Shown piece after piece: positions 39,946 through 50,481 of a DNA stretch of 64,000 nt. Position 1 is the first letter of the stretch. Every line of letters begins with the position of its first letter. A model generated the notes under the pieces. That model saw only the letters and a program-made list of their open reading frames with translations, was not told where the DNA came from and ran no database searches. Both the position numbers and the translations under genes were made by a program. The stretch is taken from assembly GCA_036172245.1 (NCBI GenBank), contig JAYWIR010000019.1, positions 1,488,001 through 1,552,000 of the forward strand, in the 5' to 3' direction. Source of the DNA: Raillietiella orientalis. Lineage: Eukaryota.

Positions 39946-41619
39946 AGCTCCTCCGGGCGGATGACCTGGGGAATGTGGCTCTCGTCTGGGTGCCGGGGCT
40001 GTCCGTGGTGGCGGTGGGCAACTCCCCCGATAGCAACAGTTCCTGCTGTATTCCACAGGAACTGCACGGATATCGAAAGGAACCCGGGTTTGAATCCAGA
40101 AAGTTCTTTTCCTGGAGATCGCTCCGCCGAGTGACGAAAAAAAAAAATCCAGGTATCTTGGACTTTCGCATCGCAACCCTCAGGGCATTCTCGTTTCGTT
40201 GAGGCTTTTCCTTCAACAAAACACGCTCCCGCGCATGCGCACACTCCACTCCAGATGACCAGTCAACGGAAGCCCCGTCGCACCTCACTCGAACATCACA
40301 AAAACTCCGTCAGGAAGGAGCGACGGTGATGCTCAGCGCTAGGTGGTTTCGAAACTCTACAGCAGATGGAACCAACATCACTTCTGGACCTGACCGCGGG
40401 GTCATCTCCTTTTGAAGCTAAATATAGACTGCCACGAGAGATCTCATCCTTTGATCTCATTCTCATTTTTTTTGGTTTCTTCTGAAATGTTGGTGACAAC
40501 CCATGGTGCAAACAGACTGTGAAGCTGGGGGGAGAGAACAATTGGGAAGCGTAGCGATAGTAGCAAGAACTCGAAGGAAGGTCCTACGTTTCGAGCCTTT
40601 GCTCGCAAAGCCGCTGCCGACTTCCGATGAGACGTCTCCTAGGAGACGCCATCCAGCTAATCAAAGGGGTCCGGTCCTCTCCTTCGCCGGAAGGAACGCC
40701 TCCTGCGAGACGCTTACGGAGCGTTGCAAGAGGACGCCATCTCTGAATAGCCTCAGCACTCGCGGAATTCGTACCTGAAGACACCAATCTCCAGCAAGCG
40801 AGGCGCTGCGAGCCGCCCCAGCATCCGAGGGCATCCGGCTCCCCGAAGCGGTCTACCTGGTGAAATCCAAGCCCGTCTCTCCTCCCTTCGTGCATCTCCG
40901 TCCGAAGCGAATAGGGGAATCGGGGATACACCCCGAATACCCCCTGCCGCCCCTGCTCCGTTTCCTCCTCCCCTCATGCCGAAGAGCAGGTCAGCAGAGC
41001 TGCGAAGAGGAACAGACAGGGGCAACTCAACTCAAACCCGAGAGCGGGGAGAGGACAACTCTGTCAAGAGTGCGCATGCTGCACCAAGCACCCCGGAAGG
41101 ATGGGCTCCCTGCCATCGGCGCGACTCGCCGGGAAGCCTCCCTGCCGTCCTCTAATGAAGAGGATCGAAATCGCCTATCGGAGGCCACACTGGAGGAGGT
41201 GGTCGCTTTGAACGACCTCCTGTCTTCATTGGGATTCGTCCCGCTTCTTTTGGCATTTTCTTTTGCGCTCTTTTAAAGGACCGGATGTCGGCACACGCTC
41301 GACCGCTCGTACTCTCTTCACCCTGCTTGGCCGTTGGCGGCACGGCTCCCATCATGGTTGGTTCTTCGATTCGTTCTTAAATCTGGGGATGCACGCGTCT
41401 CGCGTGACCATTCATCCCTTCAGGCCAGGCTCAGCGTCAGGCGTTTCGGAGAAAAGAGCGAAAACAAAAAGCCAGAAGGGTGACTTGGGAATCTCTCTAC
41501 AGGTGCGGCGAGGAGACCTGAGCGTGTTGCTTGCTACGAGTGCTGTGGCTGCTCGTGACCTCACGAAACTTCGATTTCCACATTCGCAGGAACTCATCCG
41601 GCTGACCGTCAGCCAGAGA

Positions 41620-42572
41620 GGGCTGTGAGGTTGCGGTCTCCGCGCGTTGCACGAAGCGTTGAGAGTTCGAATCCCGCCCGGAGAAGGAATGACACCAGAG
41701 AAATGGATGCGTCGTGGGTTCCAGTTCTTCCCACAAGATGACGCAGGTTGGACCGTTCGAGTGCGGCACTGGTCGACACCCGGTCATGCCGGGCCGTTTA
41801 TTTATAAAAAATAAACGTCTGTGGCAGGACGTCTGATCCCGCCACTTCACTTGTACATATGAGAAGAAACCTTCCGGGAACTGACAAGCAGGCCAGTGGG
41901 GTTCCCCAAGGCAGCACAAGGGAGACAAATGAAGAGAAAAAAAATAAAAAAAAAAAGCATACACTCAAAAAAAATGAAGGAAAGGGGGGAGTTCGGGAAG
42001 AGATCACTGTGTGCTGGAGGGTGTCCTCTGCATCCTTGTAAGGATGCTCGCAAGTTTCTGTTTCAAGACTCCCAGATGGGGCCATCTTGACGCCATCCTT
42101 AAAAATATGACAGCAAAGTAAATAGAGTCCCTGTCGTCCTGGCATCCTCTGGCGTTGTTCCATGCAGCCACGATCTCACCACGTGGGCAGCAAAGTGCTG
42201 CTGGGGGTATGGCCGTCGTGAGGGAGTCGTGCAGGAAGAGGCGCTTTCAAATGTCTCTGGCGTTGCCAAAGCGTCCCTAAGGGGGTCGGAGAGCAACACA
42301 GCTCACTAGGAGGTTAGGGAGGGATTCCCGCTCCTTGCACAGTTTGGGTCCACACATCCCCGTGTCCAGTGATGTCGGCAAGCGTTGCACGGGAGGCCCC
42401 AGCCGAGTGCGGCACTGGTGGAAGTCGGAGACTCCGGATGACTCCGTTGACTGGCCGCCGGGACTGGGAGTTGTGCCTCCTGGGTTCTTCCAGGAGTCAA
42501 GGAGCCGTTCCCCCAAAGAAGAAGGAATTTCAGGAGCGCACATCCTTTCCGGGTTCCCTTAGGAGACAGCCA
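41620..42572 (+). mobile_element. SINE-like family A copy split by a LINE insertion (pieces 41620-41773 and 42404-42572)
   Basis: Head with AGTTCGAATCC at 41664-41674; the body resumes after the duplicated 16-mer cgagtgcggcactggt. Confidence 0.7.
41774..42403 (-). mobile_element. 5'-truncated Tx1/L1-like LINE (family B) with a 16-bp target-site duplication
   Basis: Minus strand encodes WGLPCNACRHHWTRGCVDPNCARCKERESLPNLL (zinc finger, with frameshift), then 3'UTR and AATAAA (41797-41802). Flanked by identical cgagtgcggcactggt at 41758-41773 and 42404-42419. Confidence 0.85.
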
Positions 42573-42666
42573 CACGGTTCTGACGCGCTTTTTCAGTGCT
42601 TCGTCTTGCCTAAATTAGGGACCTTTTTCCTTGTTGTTCGTGTAGTGGTGCATCGACGGTGTCCAC

Positions 42667-43795
42667 ATGGCAGCAATGCCTGGGAACATTGCGATGGATG
42701 TTGGGGGGGGGGAGAAGAAAGCCAATTCCTCTTCCGAAGCAATGGAAGTGGGGACGTCCGTTCCCACAGGATCGTCCTCTCCGGAAGCGAGGAAATGGAG
42801 CGCCGTGGCTGCAGCGTCATCAGCAGCGCCATCACCGAATCGAATGCTCACCGGGCCCTCACTCATCTACAAGGTAGATGGCTTGTCTGTGGACAGCACT
42901 GCTCACTCCTTCGCGAGGGAGCTGCACAATTTAAGTTTCCAGGAGGAAGACCTCGAAGGCTTTTCCATATGAAGCGTGGGCCAGCACGTTGAACTGACCT
43001 GTAAGATGGCAGAGCTGGAGCAACGCTTGCTGAAGACCCCAATCACGGTGGAAAGCCACAGGATCTTCCCTGCGAAAAAGGACCGTTCCGTAGTAGTTCA
43101 CCTCACAGGCATCATGCTCCGCATCCCCAAGGACGCAGTGCATCTGGAGCTCAGAAGACATGGCACCGTGCACGCGCTGTAGGCCTGGCCCCTTCGAGGG
43201 CGTTGGGAAGCTCTTCAGCGAACTAGCCGCAGAGCGCGTGACACGGCAGCAGCGGGGCTCTCCTGCAAGCTGAAGATCAGCAGTGAGCTGGTCGATCCTT
43301 GGTACGTGAGTAATCCCAAGTGCTGTGGTCACTGTGATGTCACGGGGCATCTAAAAAAGAGGTGCACAAACATCCAGTGCCACCTTTGAGGAAAAAAGGA
43401 AGACACATTAGATAAGTGTGCCCGAAAAGTGTGTCCCCGGTCCTCAATGGCGCGGAAGTTGGGAAAGGAAAGCGCGCAGACAAACCGAGAAAGGAAAAGC
43501 AAAGGAAGGACGGACGAATTCCCAGCACGAGCAGCAGAAGCCGAAAGCTCAAATTTCCGAAGTAGCCGACACGGAAGAGGGCTGGCAGCTGGTGGAATCC
43601 AAAAGAAAGGGGAAAAAAGGCAGGGAAAAACGGAGAACTTCGCCACCCTCGAAGAAACAAGAAACCTCGCGGTGCGAAAAAATCCGGAAATGCAAGGTGG
43701 TCATGGAGCGCGTCCTGGCAATCGAAGCCGCCACCGCAGGAGAAACTGCTCCCGCCGCCGGAACTCACGAACGCGAGCGCTCCCTGCAAGCAGAG
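42667..43795 (+). pseudogene. Degenerate ORF1 (gag-like, CCHC zinc knuckles) of a Tx1/L1-clade LINE
   Basis: One frame from ATG 42667 with stops at 42970 and 43180. Contains VVVHLTGIMLRIPKDAVHLELRRHGTV, a CX2CX4HX4C knuckle CGHCDVTGHLKKRC (43324-43365), a decayed second knuckle, and EEGWQLVESKRK after a frameshift. Confidence 0.8.
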
Positions 43796-43796
43796 T

Positions 43797-44830
43797 TGTC
43801 ACTCGGGTACGCCCGGACGTTTATTTGATACAAAAATAAACATCCACAATTTTTGTGGTAGGACCGATGGGTCTAACCACGTCCACTTACAAAGATAGCC
43901 TGCCGGGTAGCCGGGACGCAGACCGGAGAGGTTCGCCCCAGCAGCAGAGGGGAGGAGGCAAAAAGAAAAATAAATAAAAATACAAAAGTAAATAAAAGTG
44001 AACTCAGAGGGAGGAATAGAGTGCGGGAAGGGATCACGTCCTGCTGGGGGCGGTCCTTTGCATCCTTTGAAGGATGCCGGCAAGCTCTTGCTGCATGCAC
44101 TTCAGATCGGGCCATCTCGTTGCCAACCTCACGAATCGGACGGCGAAGCCCGCAGGCATCACTGGACACGGGGTGAATCCGAACTGTACCAGGTGCAAGG
44201 AAAGGGAATCCTTCCCACACCTGCTTGTGGATTCTGTTGCCCTTCGGTCCCTCTGAGAACGCTTCGCCGCGAATCTAGGAACCCCCGGAGGCAATTCCAG
44301 GGACGCTGTGAAACCCCTCCTCGCCCGCCCCTGTGGCATACCTGTCGCTGTGCCCTGCTCTTGCCTTCAGTCCGGGCCACTGCAGTTCCGTGTAGTTAGC
44401 AGAGGGTTGCAAAGGAGGCTGCCGGATGAGGTGCGTCGCGGACGAGGAGGGGTTTCGGACCGTTTCTGGCGTCGCCGCCAGAGGCTCCTGGGGTAGCGGC
44501 AAAAAGTTCCCGGAGGGACTGAAAGGCAGCTCAATCCACAATCAGATTGGGGAGGGATTCCCATTCCTTGCACCTGGCACAGTTAGGGTTCACACACCCC
44601 CGTGTCTAGTAATGCCTGCGGACGTTGCACGGGAGACACCATCGCAGAAGCATCAATGCTGACTCCTGCCACTTCAAGGGAAGGGTGTGGGTGTCCTAGA
44701 GTACGACAAGAGCATTTGGGGTCACTGCGGGTCTTCCTCCGGAACATGCAGCTCGCCCCAGCGCAGAAGCTCTCAGTGTGGGGCACTCGGGTCGCAGCGT
44801 CTTTAAACTGACCCGTGTTCACTCATGCAG
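43797..44830 (-). mobile_element. 5'-truncated family B LINE copy, interrupted by an opposite-strand family B fragment (~44140-44335)
   Basis: Minus strand: LPLKWQESALMLLRWCLPCNVRRH, NCARCKEWESLPNL, then RFVRLATRWPDLKCMQQELAGILQRM-stop, 3'UTR, AATAAA at 43820-43825. Confidence 0.8.
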
Positions 44831-45199
44831 TTCTTTTCTCTTGCCAGAGATCTCTATAGATACCTTATATCTTGCTGAAATGCTGCTGCCCATCTGTTCC
44901 CTCAGGGAGGGAAGTGCTGCGTGAAGTATAAGAGAAGAACCTCCTTACAAGGGAGGTTCTTCCTGCCCACGCACTCTTCCCAGGATGTTGAAGGATCTCC
45001 CGGAGCGAGCACCTCTTGTAAGGTCCTTGCAGGAATCGCTGGGTCTGTTCCGGACATTACTCTGGTTCCTCTACCACGTGAGAACGGTTTCCTGCAGCCA
45101 GGCCCTACCGTTCGCGGGGAAATAGGAGATGCAGTTGTCGTTCGTCCTGGTCAGCGAAGTCACCTGCCGGAGCTGCAGGCCGAAGTGGGAGAGCCTGCG

Positions 45200-46965
45200 T
45201 CGACGGCGAGCAAGGAAGGACGCGAGGTCCACGCTGGCAGTGGGCTTAATGAAAGAAGAGGCGTGCTGGTGGTGCTTCACGGCTATGCCACGAGGGCGAG
45301 TCTTCGGATCTGGAGCTGAATCTCCATCCACTCCAGCGTCAGAAGACCCAGTCCACCATCCCTGTGCGGAGTACACGAGTCCTTCAGTAGGACCCGGTAC
45401 CTCCCTGTGTCTTAAAGGCGATGAGGAGGAGGTCCTTCACCCGTTATCTGATGATCTCTGGTGGGAGGCAAACAAAAAGCAGGGGGTTAAGGAAGGGGCC
45501 ACGTTCGCTGCTCCCGTCCTCCATCTTCTACATTTTGTGTATCCCCTCTTCTGAGAAGGGAAAAAGCAGACGAAGAACCTCTTGCGAATCGCCTTGTTGG
45601 GGGACGGGAAGTCCCGGGTCCAGCTGAAGGAGTCGTGTGCTCCGCGTAGACGGCAGCCTCAGCCTGCTGACGCTGATGGAGTTTCAGCTCCGATGGCGAA
45701 CGATGGCCATTGCCGCGAAGTACTGAAGCACCCCCTGGTGCATTCCTGTACGCCTCCTCGCCAGTCGTGTGTCCCGTACGGAAGGACTGGCCTCCTACCT
45801 TTTGTGCCCGTCCAGAGGATGAGAAGATGCGGTCTCCTCCTCGAACGCATGGCCGGCTTGGCGAAGGAAAACGTCTCGATGGCCTGCTGCCCCGCCAACT
45901 CTGGCACCTGGCTAGAAGAATCTGTTGGCACGTGCGTGAAGATGAATGAACCCAGCTCAGTGATATGGAACTGCATGCGGCTCGACATCCACGCCCGCTG
46001 CTCATTGCGGAAGATCCTGGAGTGTCCCAGCATGAGTACGGGGGTGCAGCGGATCACTCTCGCGGCAACGATGCCCCTCCTGAGGAGGGCACGTGGCAGC
46101 AGCCAACCGTCGAGTTGTGAATTCTCCTGTGAGATCGCAGGCAGGCGGAAACTGATGAGTGGTTGGACCATGGGACAGCTGGAGGATTCTTCAATTCCGA
46201 TTGCCCTTTCACGAGGACTCCAGCGCTGGGGAGAGCTGCTCGGCATTCCTAGAGAAGACCTGGAGTGGTCCCCAGTGCTCAATGACAGCAGCGTCCTCCC
46301 CCTGAAGTGGCAGCAGTCGGCACTTCCGCTGCTGCCATGGAGTCTTCCCTGCAACTCACGTCGACACCACTAGGCGCAGGGAGTGGCGAGCCCGAACTGT
46401 CGCAGGTTTGGGGAGCGGAAATCCCTCCCCCACCTGCTTGTGGACTGTACTGCCCTATGGAAACGCTTTTCTGCGACCCTATGAACTTCCGGCGACAGTT
46501 CCAGGGACGTTTTATGACTCCTCTTTGTGCGGGATGCCCCGTAGCCAGCTGCGGCCCAGCAGCTCTTTGCTGCATTCTCGGGATTGTGACGGCATGGAGC
46601 GACTCTGAAGCAGGAGCGAACGAAAGGGACGCCATCGAGGATGCACTTCGTTTTCTGCGGATGGCAGCCGGATGACCCCACTCAGGGTATGATCAGGACC
46701 AACCTAAGCGTCATCCTGGAAAGGATGCAGAGGACTCCCTCCAGCGGACTGTAATCCCTTCCCGGCCCTCCAGTGTTCATTTATTTTTGGTTTTACTTTT
46801 CTTTTGTTTCCCCTCTCCCTTCGGCTGCTGAGGGGAATCTCATCGTTCTGCGGACCGGCAACCCGGCGGGTCCATGGACAAATTGAGCGTGGTAGGACCA
46901 CGCTCCTTACTACAATTTGTGAGCTCGTTTTGAATTTTAATAAACACCCCGGCGTGTCCGGTGGA
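45200..46965 (+). mobile_element. Family B LINE, decayed ORF2 C-terminal half plus 3'UTR
   Basis: RWGELLGIPREDLEW...LPLKWQQSAL...LPCNSRRHH and KSLPHLLVDC are homologous to ORF 47478-48167; 3'UTR with AATAAA at 46939-46944. Confidence 0.8.
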
Positions 46966-46971
46966 AATTAC

Positions 46972-47200
46972 TCCATACCAAGCGTGAGAGGAACGGTCTT
47001 CTGGAGCCCTTCCTGGATCCATAGAATGGTCCTTCGAGAGTTGTCTCCCAGCTTGAAGAGTGACACGCACCCTCAGGTGGCGTGGACCATGTCAAAGGGC
47101 TTCGTGGGCCCCTTCATGGAGGCGAACGGTTCTTCAGCATTCCTTGAAAACCAAAAAAAAAAAAAAAGCTATAAGGAAAGCAGCGAAAACAGAAGTCCAA
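46972..47200 (+). mobile_element. SINE-like family A, 3' half with A-rich tail
   Basis: ccaagcgtgagaggaacgg...cctcaggtggcgtggac...ggaggcgaacggttctt followed by an A-run; colinear with 6900-7140. Confidence 0.65.
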
Positions 47201-47479
47201 AGAATTTCCTTCATCTTGCATTTGTTTTTTTCCCAATCGAATAAATCCCCATCCAGGGCAACCCTTTGAGAAAAGAGGGTATCCCGCATAGCCCCTCAAA
47301 ACCTCCAAGTTCCCCGGAAACTGCAAAAGTTTTCCACTGTTCTCTTCACTCGCAAAATGGCGGAGACTCCTGGTCGTGCGGCTACAATTGGAGATACGAA
47401 ATCGGGATTGCTACTTCCTTGCAGTACTTTCTGGTCCTCATGTCCGAGTGCGCCCTCCCACTTAGTGGGGCTTAGTCAT

Positions 47480-48380
47480 GAGGGGTAACGAGGTTCTGAG
47501 CTGGACAATCCCAGCTCGCATGGACCTCCCTACGTGCTCTGTTTTGACCTCGCTTCCAGCTCGCCGGTGGACCATGAGGGAACTGGCAGACGCCGCAACC
47601 CCAAGCGTTCACCCGCATGGAATACGGAGATGGGGCGAGCTGCTTGGCATCCCGGCGGATGACCTAGAGTGGCCCCCGTTGTTCATAGACTCATCCACCC
47701 TCCCCCTCAAGTGGCACGAAACGGCGCTGCTGTTGTTGCACTGGGGTCTTCCCTGCAACGCGCGCCGCCACCACTGGACGTTGGGGAACGTGGGACAGAA
47801 CTGTGCAGTGTGCGGGGAGAAGGAATCCCTCCCCCATCTGTTAGTGGACTGCGCTGCCCTCCAGCCCTTGTGGGAACGTTATGCTACGACCCTCCCTATG
47901 CCGGGAGGCAGTACCCCCAGAGACGTTCTGAGACTCCTCTTCGTGCGAGACGCCCTGCCACCAGCCTCAACCCTGGCAGCGCTTTGCTGCCTCCGAGGGA
48001 TTGTGGCCGCCTGGAGCGCAGCCAACAGAGGAAGCAGAGATAGGGACCCCATCGTACACGCGGGTCGCTACCTGCGAATCGCGATCGGCTGGTCCCATCT
48101 GGGAGCTATGACGAGGGACCTCGAGGGCATCCTGGAAAGGATGGTCTCCTCCTCCAGCGGGTTGTGATCCCTTCCCGGCCCCCCAAATAGTTTCTTTTTG
48201 TTATTTCATTTATTTTTCTTTTTGTTTTACCCCCTACCCCCCCTCTGCCGAGGAGAGTCAAGTCGGTCTGAGAACCGGCTTCCTGGCAGGTCCCAGGAAC
48301 TATTGGCCGTAGCGGGGCCTAGTACCGCAGATGTACTGTGTGTTTTTTTTTTTTAATAAACGCCCCGGCGTGACCGGGTG
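47480..48380 (+). mobile_element. 5'-truncated family B LINE; best-preserved ORF2 C-terminus (open to stop at 48167)
   Basis: CAVCGEKESLPHLLVDC is the CX2C-X-E-H-C zinc-binding motif C-terminal to RT in L1/Tx1 ORF2; T-rich 3'UTR, AATAAA at 48355-48360. Confidence 0.85.
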
Positions 48381-48587
48381 AAAACTTCCAGCTCGCCGAT
48401 TCGATGACCCCCATTCCTGAATTCGCCATTCGCTAAATTGTGGTCGTGTCTGAATCCCATCCTGAGAGGGGTGCACCCAAACATCGTCGAGGGAACTCTA
48501 CCTGTCATCGCTGCGACTGGGTGTGGCGACGTCTGGGGATGGGAATCGTACGGGAACGAATGGCATAAAGACAGAGATTAATAAAAA

Positions 48588-49259
48588 GCGTCGGAGGCTT
48601 TGTGGTTAAGACTTCCGTGCGTGGCACTATGCGTCACGGGTTCGAATACTCCGGCAGAAACTGACGCCACTGCGTCGTTGGGTTCCCAGTTTCTCCTGCA
48701 ATGGCACTGGTTGGTCGAAACATTCGGGCGTGGCACCGGTGGTCTTTTAAACCGGAGGCCCCCGATGAAGGCCGGAACAATGAAGGTCGAACTTCGGGTC
48801 CTTCCAGGAATCAAGGAGTGGGGAGTTCCCCCTCCGGTTGTACAACGGAGAGCGGACCCCCTCACTGGGGGACCCCTCCGGTTTCAAGATGGAGCAGGAG
48901 CCTTCACAGGCACCTCTCCAGCTATTCAAAGAAGCGGACCCTACCTCTTTCGGGGGGGGACCCTCCAAGTCGTCGCCTCTTCACAGAGTGCAAGGAAGCA
49001 AGCGAAAGAGATCCCCCTGCGGGAAGCTGCAGCGCCCCTTCTGAATTTCGGAAGCATCCCTTCGGGGTTCTCTTTAGAGGAGTGAACAGGAGCGGTTTCC
49101 TTGCAGGTTCCCTCGGGAGAAGAAATTCCTACTAGCGGATCCTTTCCGGGTCCCCTTCGGAGAAGATGAAATGGAGAGGACCACCCTCTTTCCTGGGAGG
49201 TCCCTTCGGAGAGAAGGAGGAAGGAGATTCCCTTCTGGGTTCCCCTTCGGAGACAACCA
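48588..49259 (+). mobile_element. SINE-like family A copy, 3'-truncated
   Basis: A-box-like aggctttgtggttaag and B-box GGTTCGAATAC (48639-48649), shared body with internal ccttcggggttc sub-repeats; breaks after ggagacaacca. Confidence 0.65.
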
Positions 49260-49261
49260 GG

Positions 49262-49550
49262 ATGGGAGTTGCGATCCCCCCCTCCCCAAACGTCTTGGAG
49301 AGTTCGCAGGTTGAAAGCAATAGGAGTCGCAGCCTTTGTCAACTGTCCGACGGTCCATCCACTCATCAGCTTCCGCTTGACTGCGATCTCTCAAGAGAAT
49401 TGCCACCTCGGAGGCTGGCTGCTGCCACATGCCTCCCTCAAGAAAGGCATCGTTGTCGCGAGAGGGGTCCGCTCCTCCCACGTGCTCATCCTGGGGCACT
49501 CCAGGATCTTCCGCAGTGAGCAGCGGGCGTGGATGCCGAGTCGCGGTCAT
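49262..49550 (-). mobile_element. Internal family B ORF2 fragment
   Basis: The reverse complement is colinear with 45980-46230 (e.g. MSGWTVGQL vs MSGWTMGQL). Confidence 0.75.
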
Positions 49551-50398
49551 CCGAAAAGTCCATTCCTCCCTCGTGTCTGGTGGTCCGACGAATCCTTACG
49601 CCTGCAGGATGCGGAAAACAACTGCTGAAAACCTAAGGGGAAGAAACAAGAGAGGAGGCATTTTTTTTTCTTCTTCCTCAATTTTTTCCCTCTGCAGAAA
49701 GGAAAACGTTTTCATTCTCCGGTCCTGCGTAAGCGCACGCAGAAAATTCACTTCCCATCTGCAGCTTTGCCCGATTCCGAAAAATCTTTCACTCCCGAAC
49801 TGAGATGCCAATCTTTATTTCCAGTTGGTTCATGCTCTCGTGTTCAGCAGCGCTGCGTCCATCTGCCGCGCATGTCCGCTCCTGCTTTCTACATTATGGA
49901 ACGAAACTGAGGAAGCCGTTAGGGAGGGTTTCTCTTTTTCAGGGGATGAACTAGCTGACGGGCTCCTCATTTGCTCCTCATCGGGAACGTGGGGCAAGAA
50001 CCAAGGAAGAAGAACCTGCAGCGAATCCCAGCCACCAAGGCATGGAACTCCCGAGAATTCTTGTGAAACCCACCGGCTTCATCTTCAAGAAGTGCTCCGT
50101 TCTTCCAGTCTCGGAAGACCCCAGTTACCTCGCAATGCCTTAAAAGATTGGCGCTGTGAGGGAATATCAACTTGGGGAGAAGGGGGGAAGGAGAGGAATG
50201 AATCCAGGATTTTTGAATGAAACCGAGCCGCAGACTTTCCTCAGATGAAAGTGCACAGGTAGAAGAAGTCTTCAGATGCATGTAGGTGAAGAGAACAAAA
50301 CAAGAAGCTCTCTCCTTCGAGGCCAGAGTTCTCACGCTATTAAAACTTCAGTGGAAGCCTATAATAAGCATCGGAACCTATTAAAAGGTACAGTGGCG

Positions 50399-50481
50399 AA
50401 GAAATAAAGGCAAGTCAATCGGAAGCTTAGAAGAAATAAAGGCAAGTCAATCGGAAGCTTACAAGAAATAAAGGCAAGTCA
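50399..50481 (+). repeat. 32-bp tandem repeat, 2.6 copies
   Basis: aagaaataaaggcaagtcaatcggaagctta(g/c) at 50399, 50431 and a partial copy at 50463. Confidence 0.95.

Noticed and set aside
44140..44335. Classic L1 twin-priming 5' inversion
   Set aside because: The host copy still has its own diverged version of this segment at 44440-44620, so the piece is extra rather than an inverted 5' part.
48588..48660. Family A heads as functional tRNA genes
   Set aside because: Stems are broken, copies are divergent, and each continues into the same repeat body.
50399..50481. 32-bp repeats as a CRISPR array
   Set aside because: Units are directly adjacent with no spacers, there are no cas genes, and the DNA is eukaryotic.
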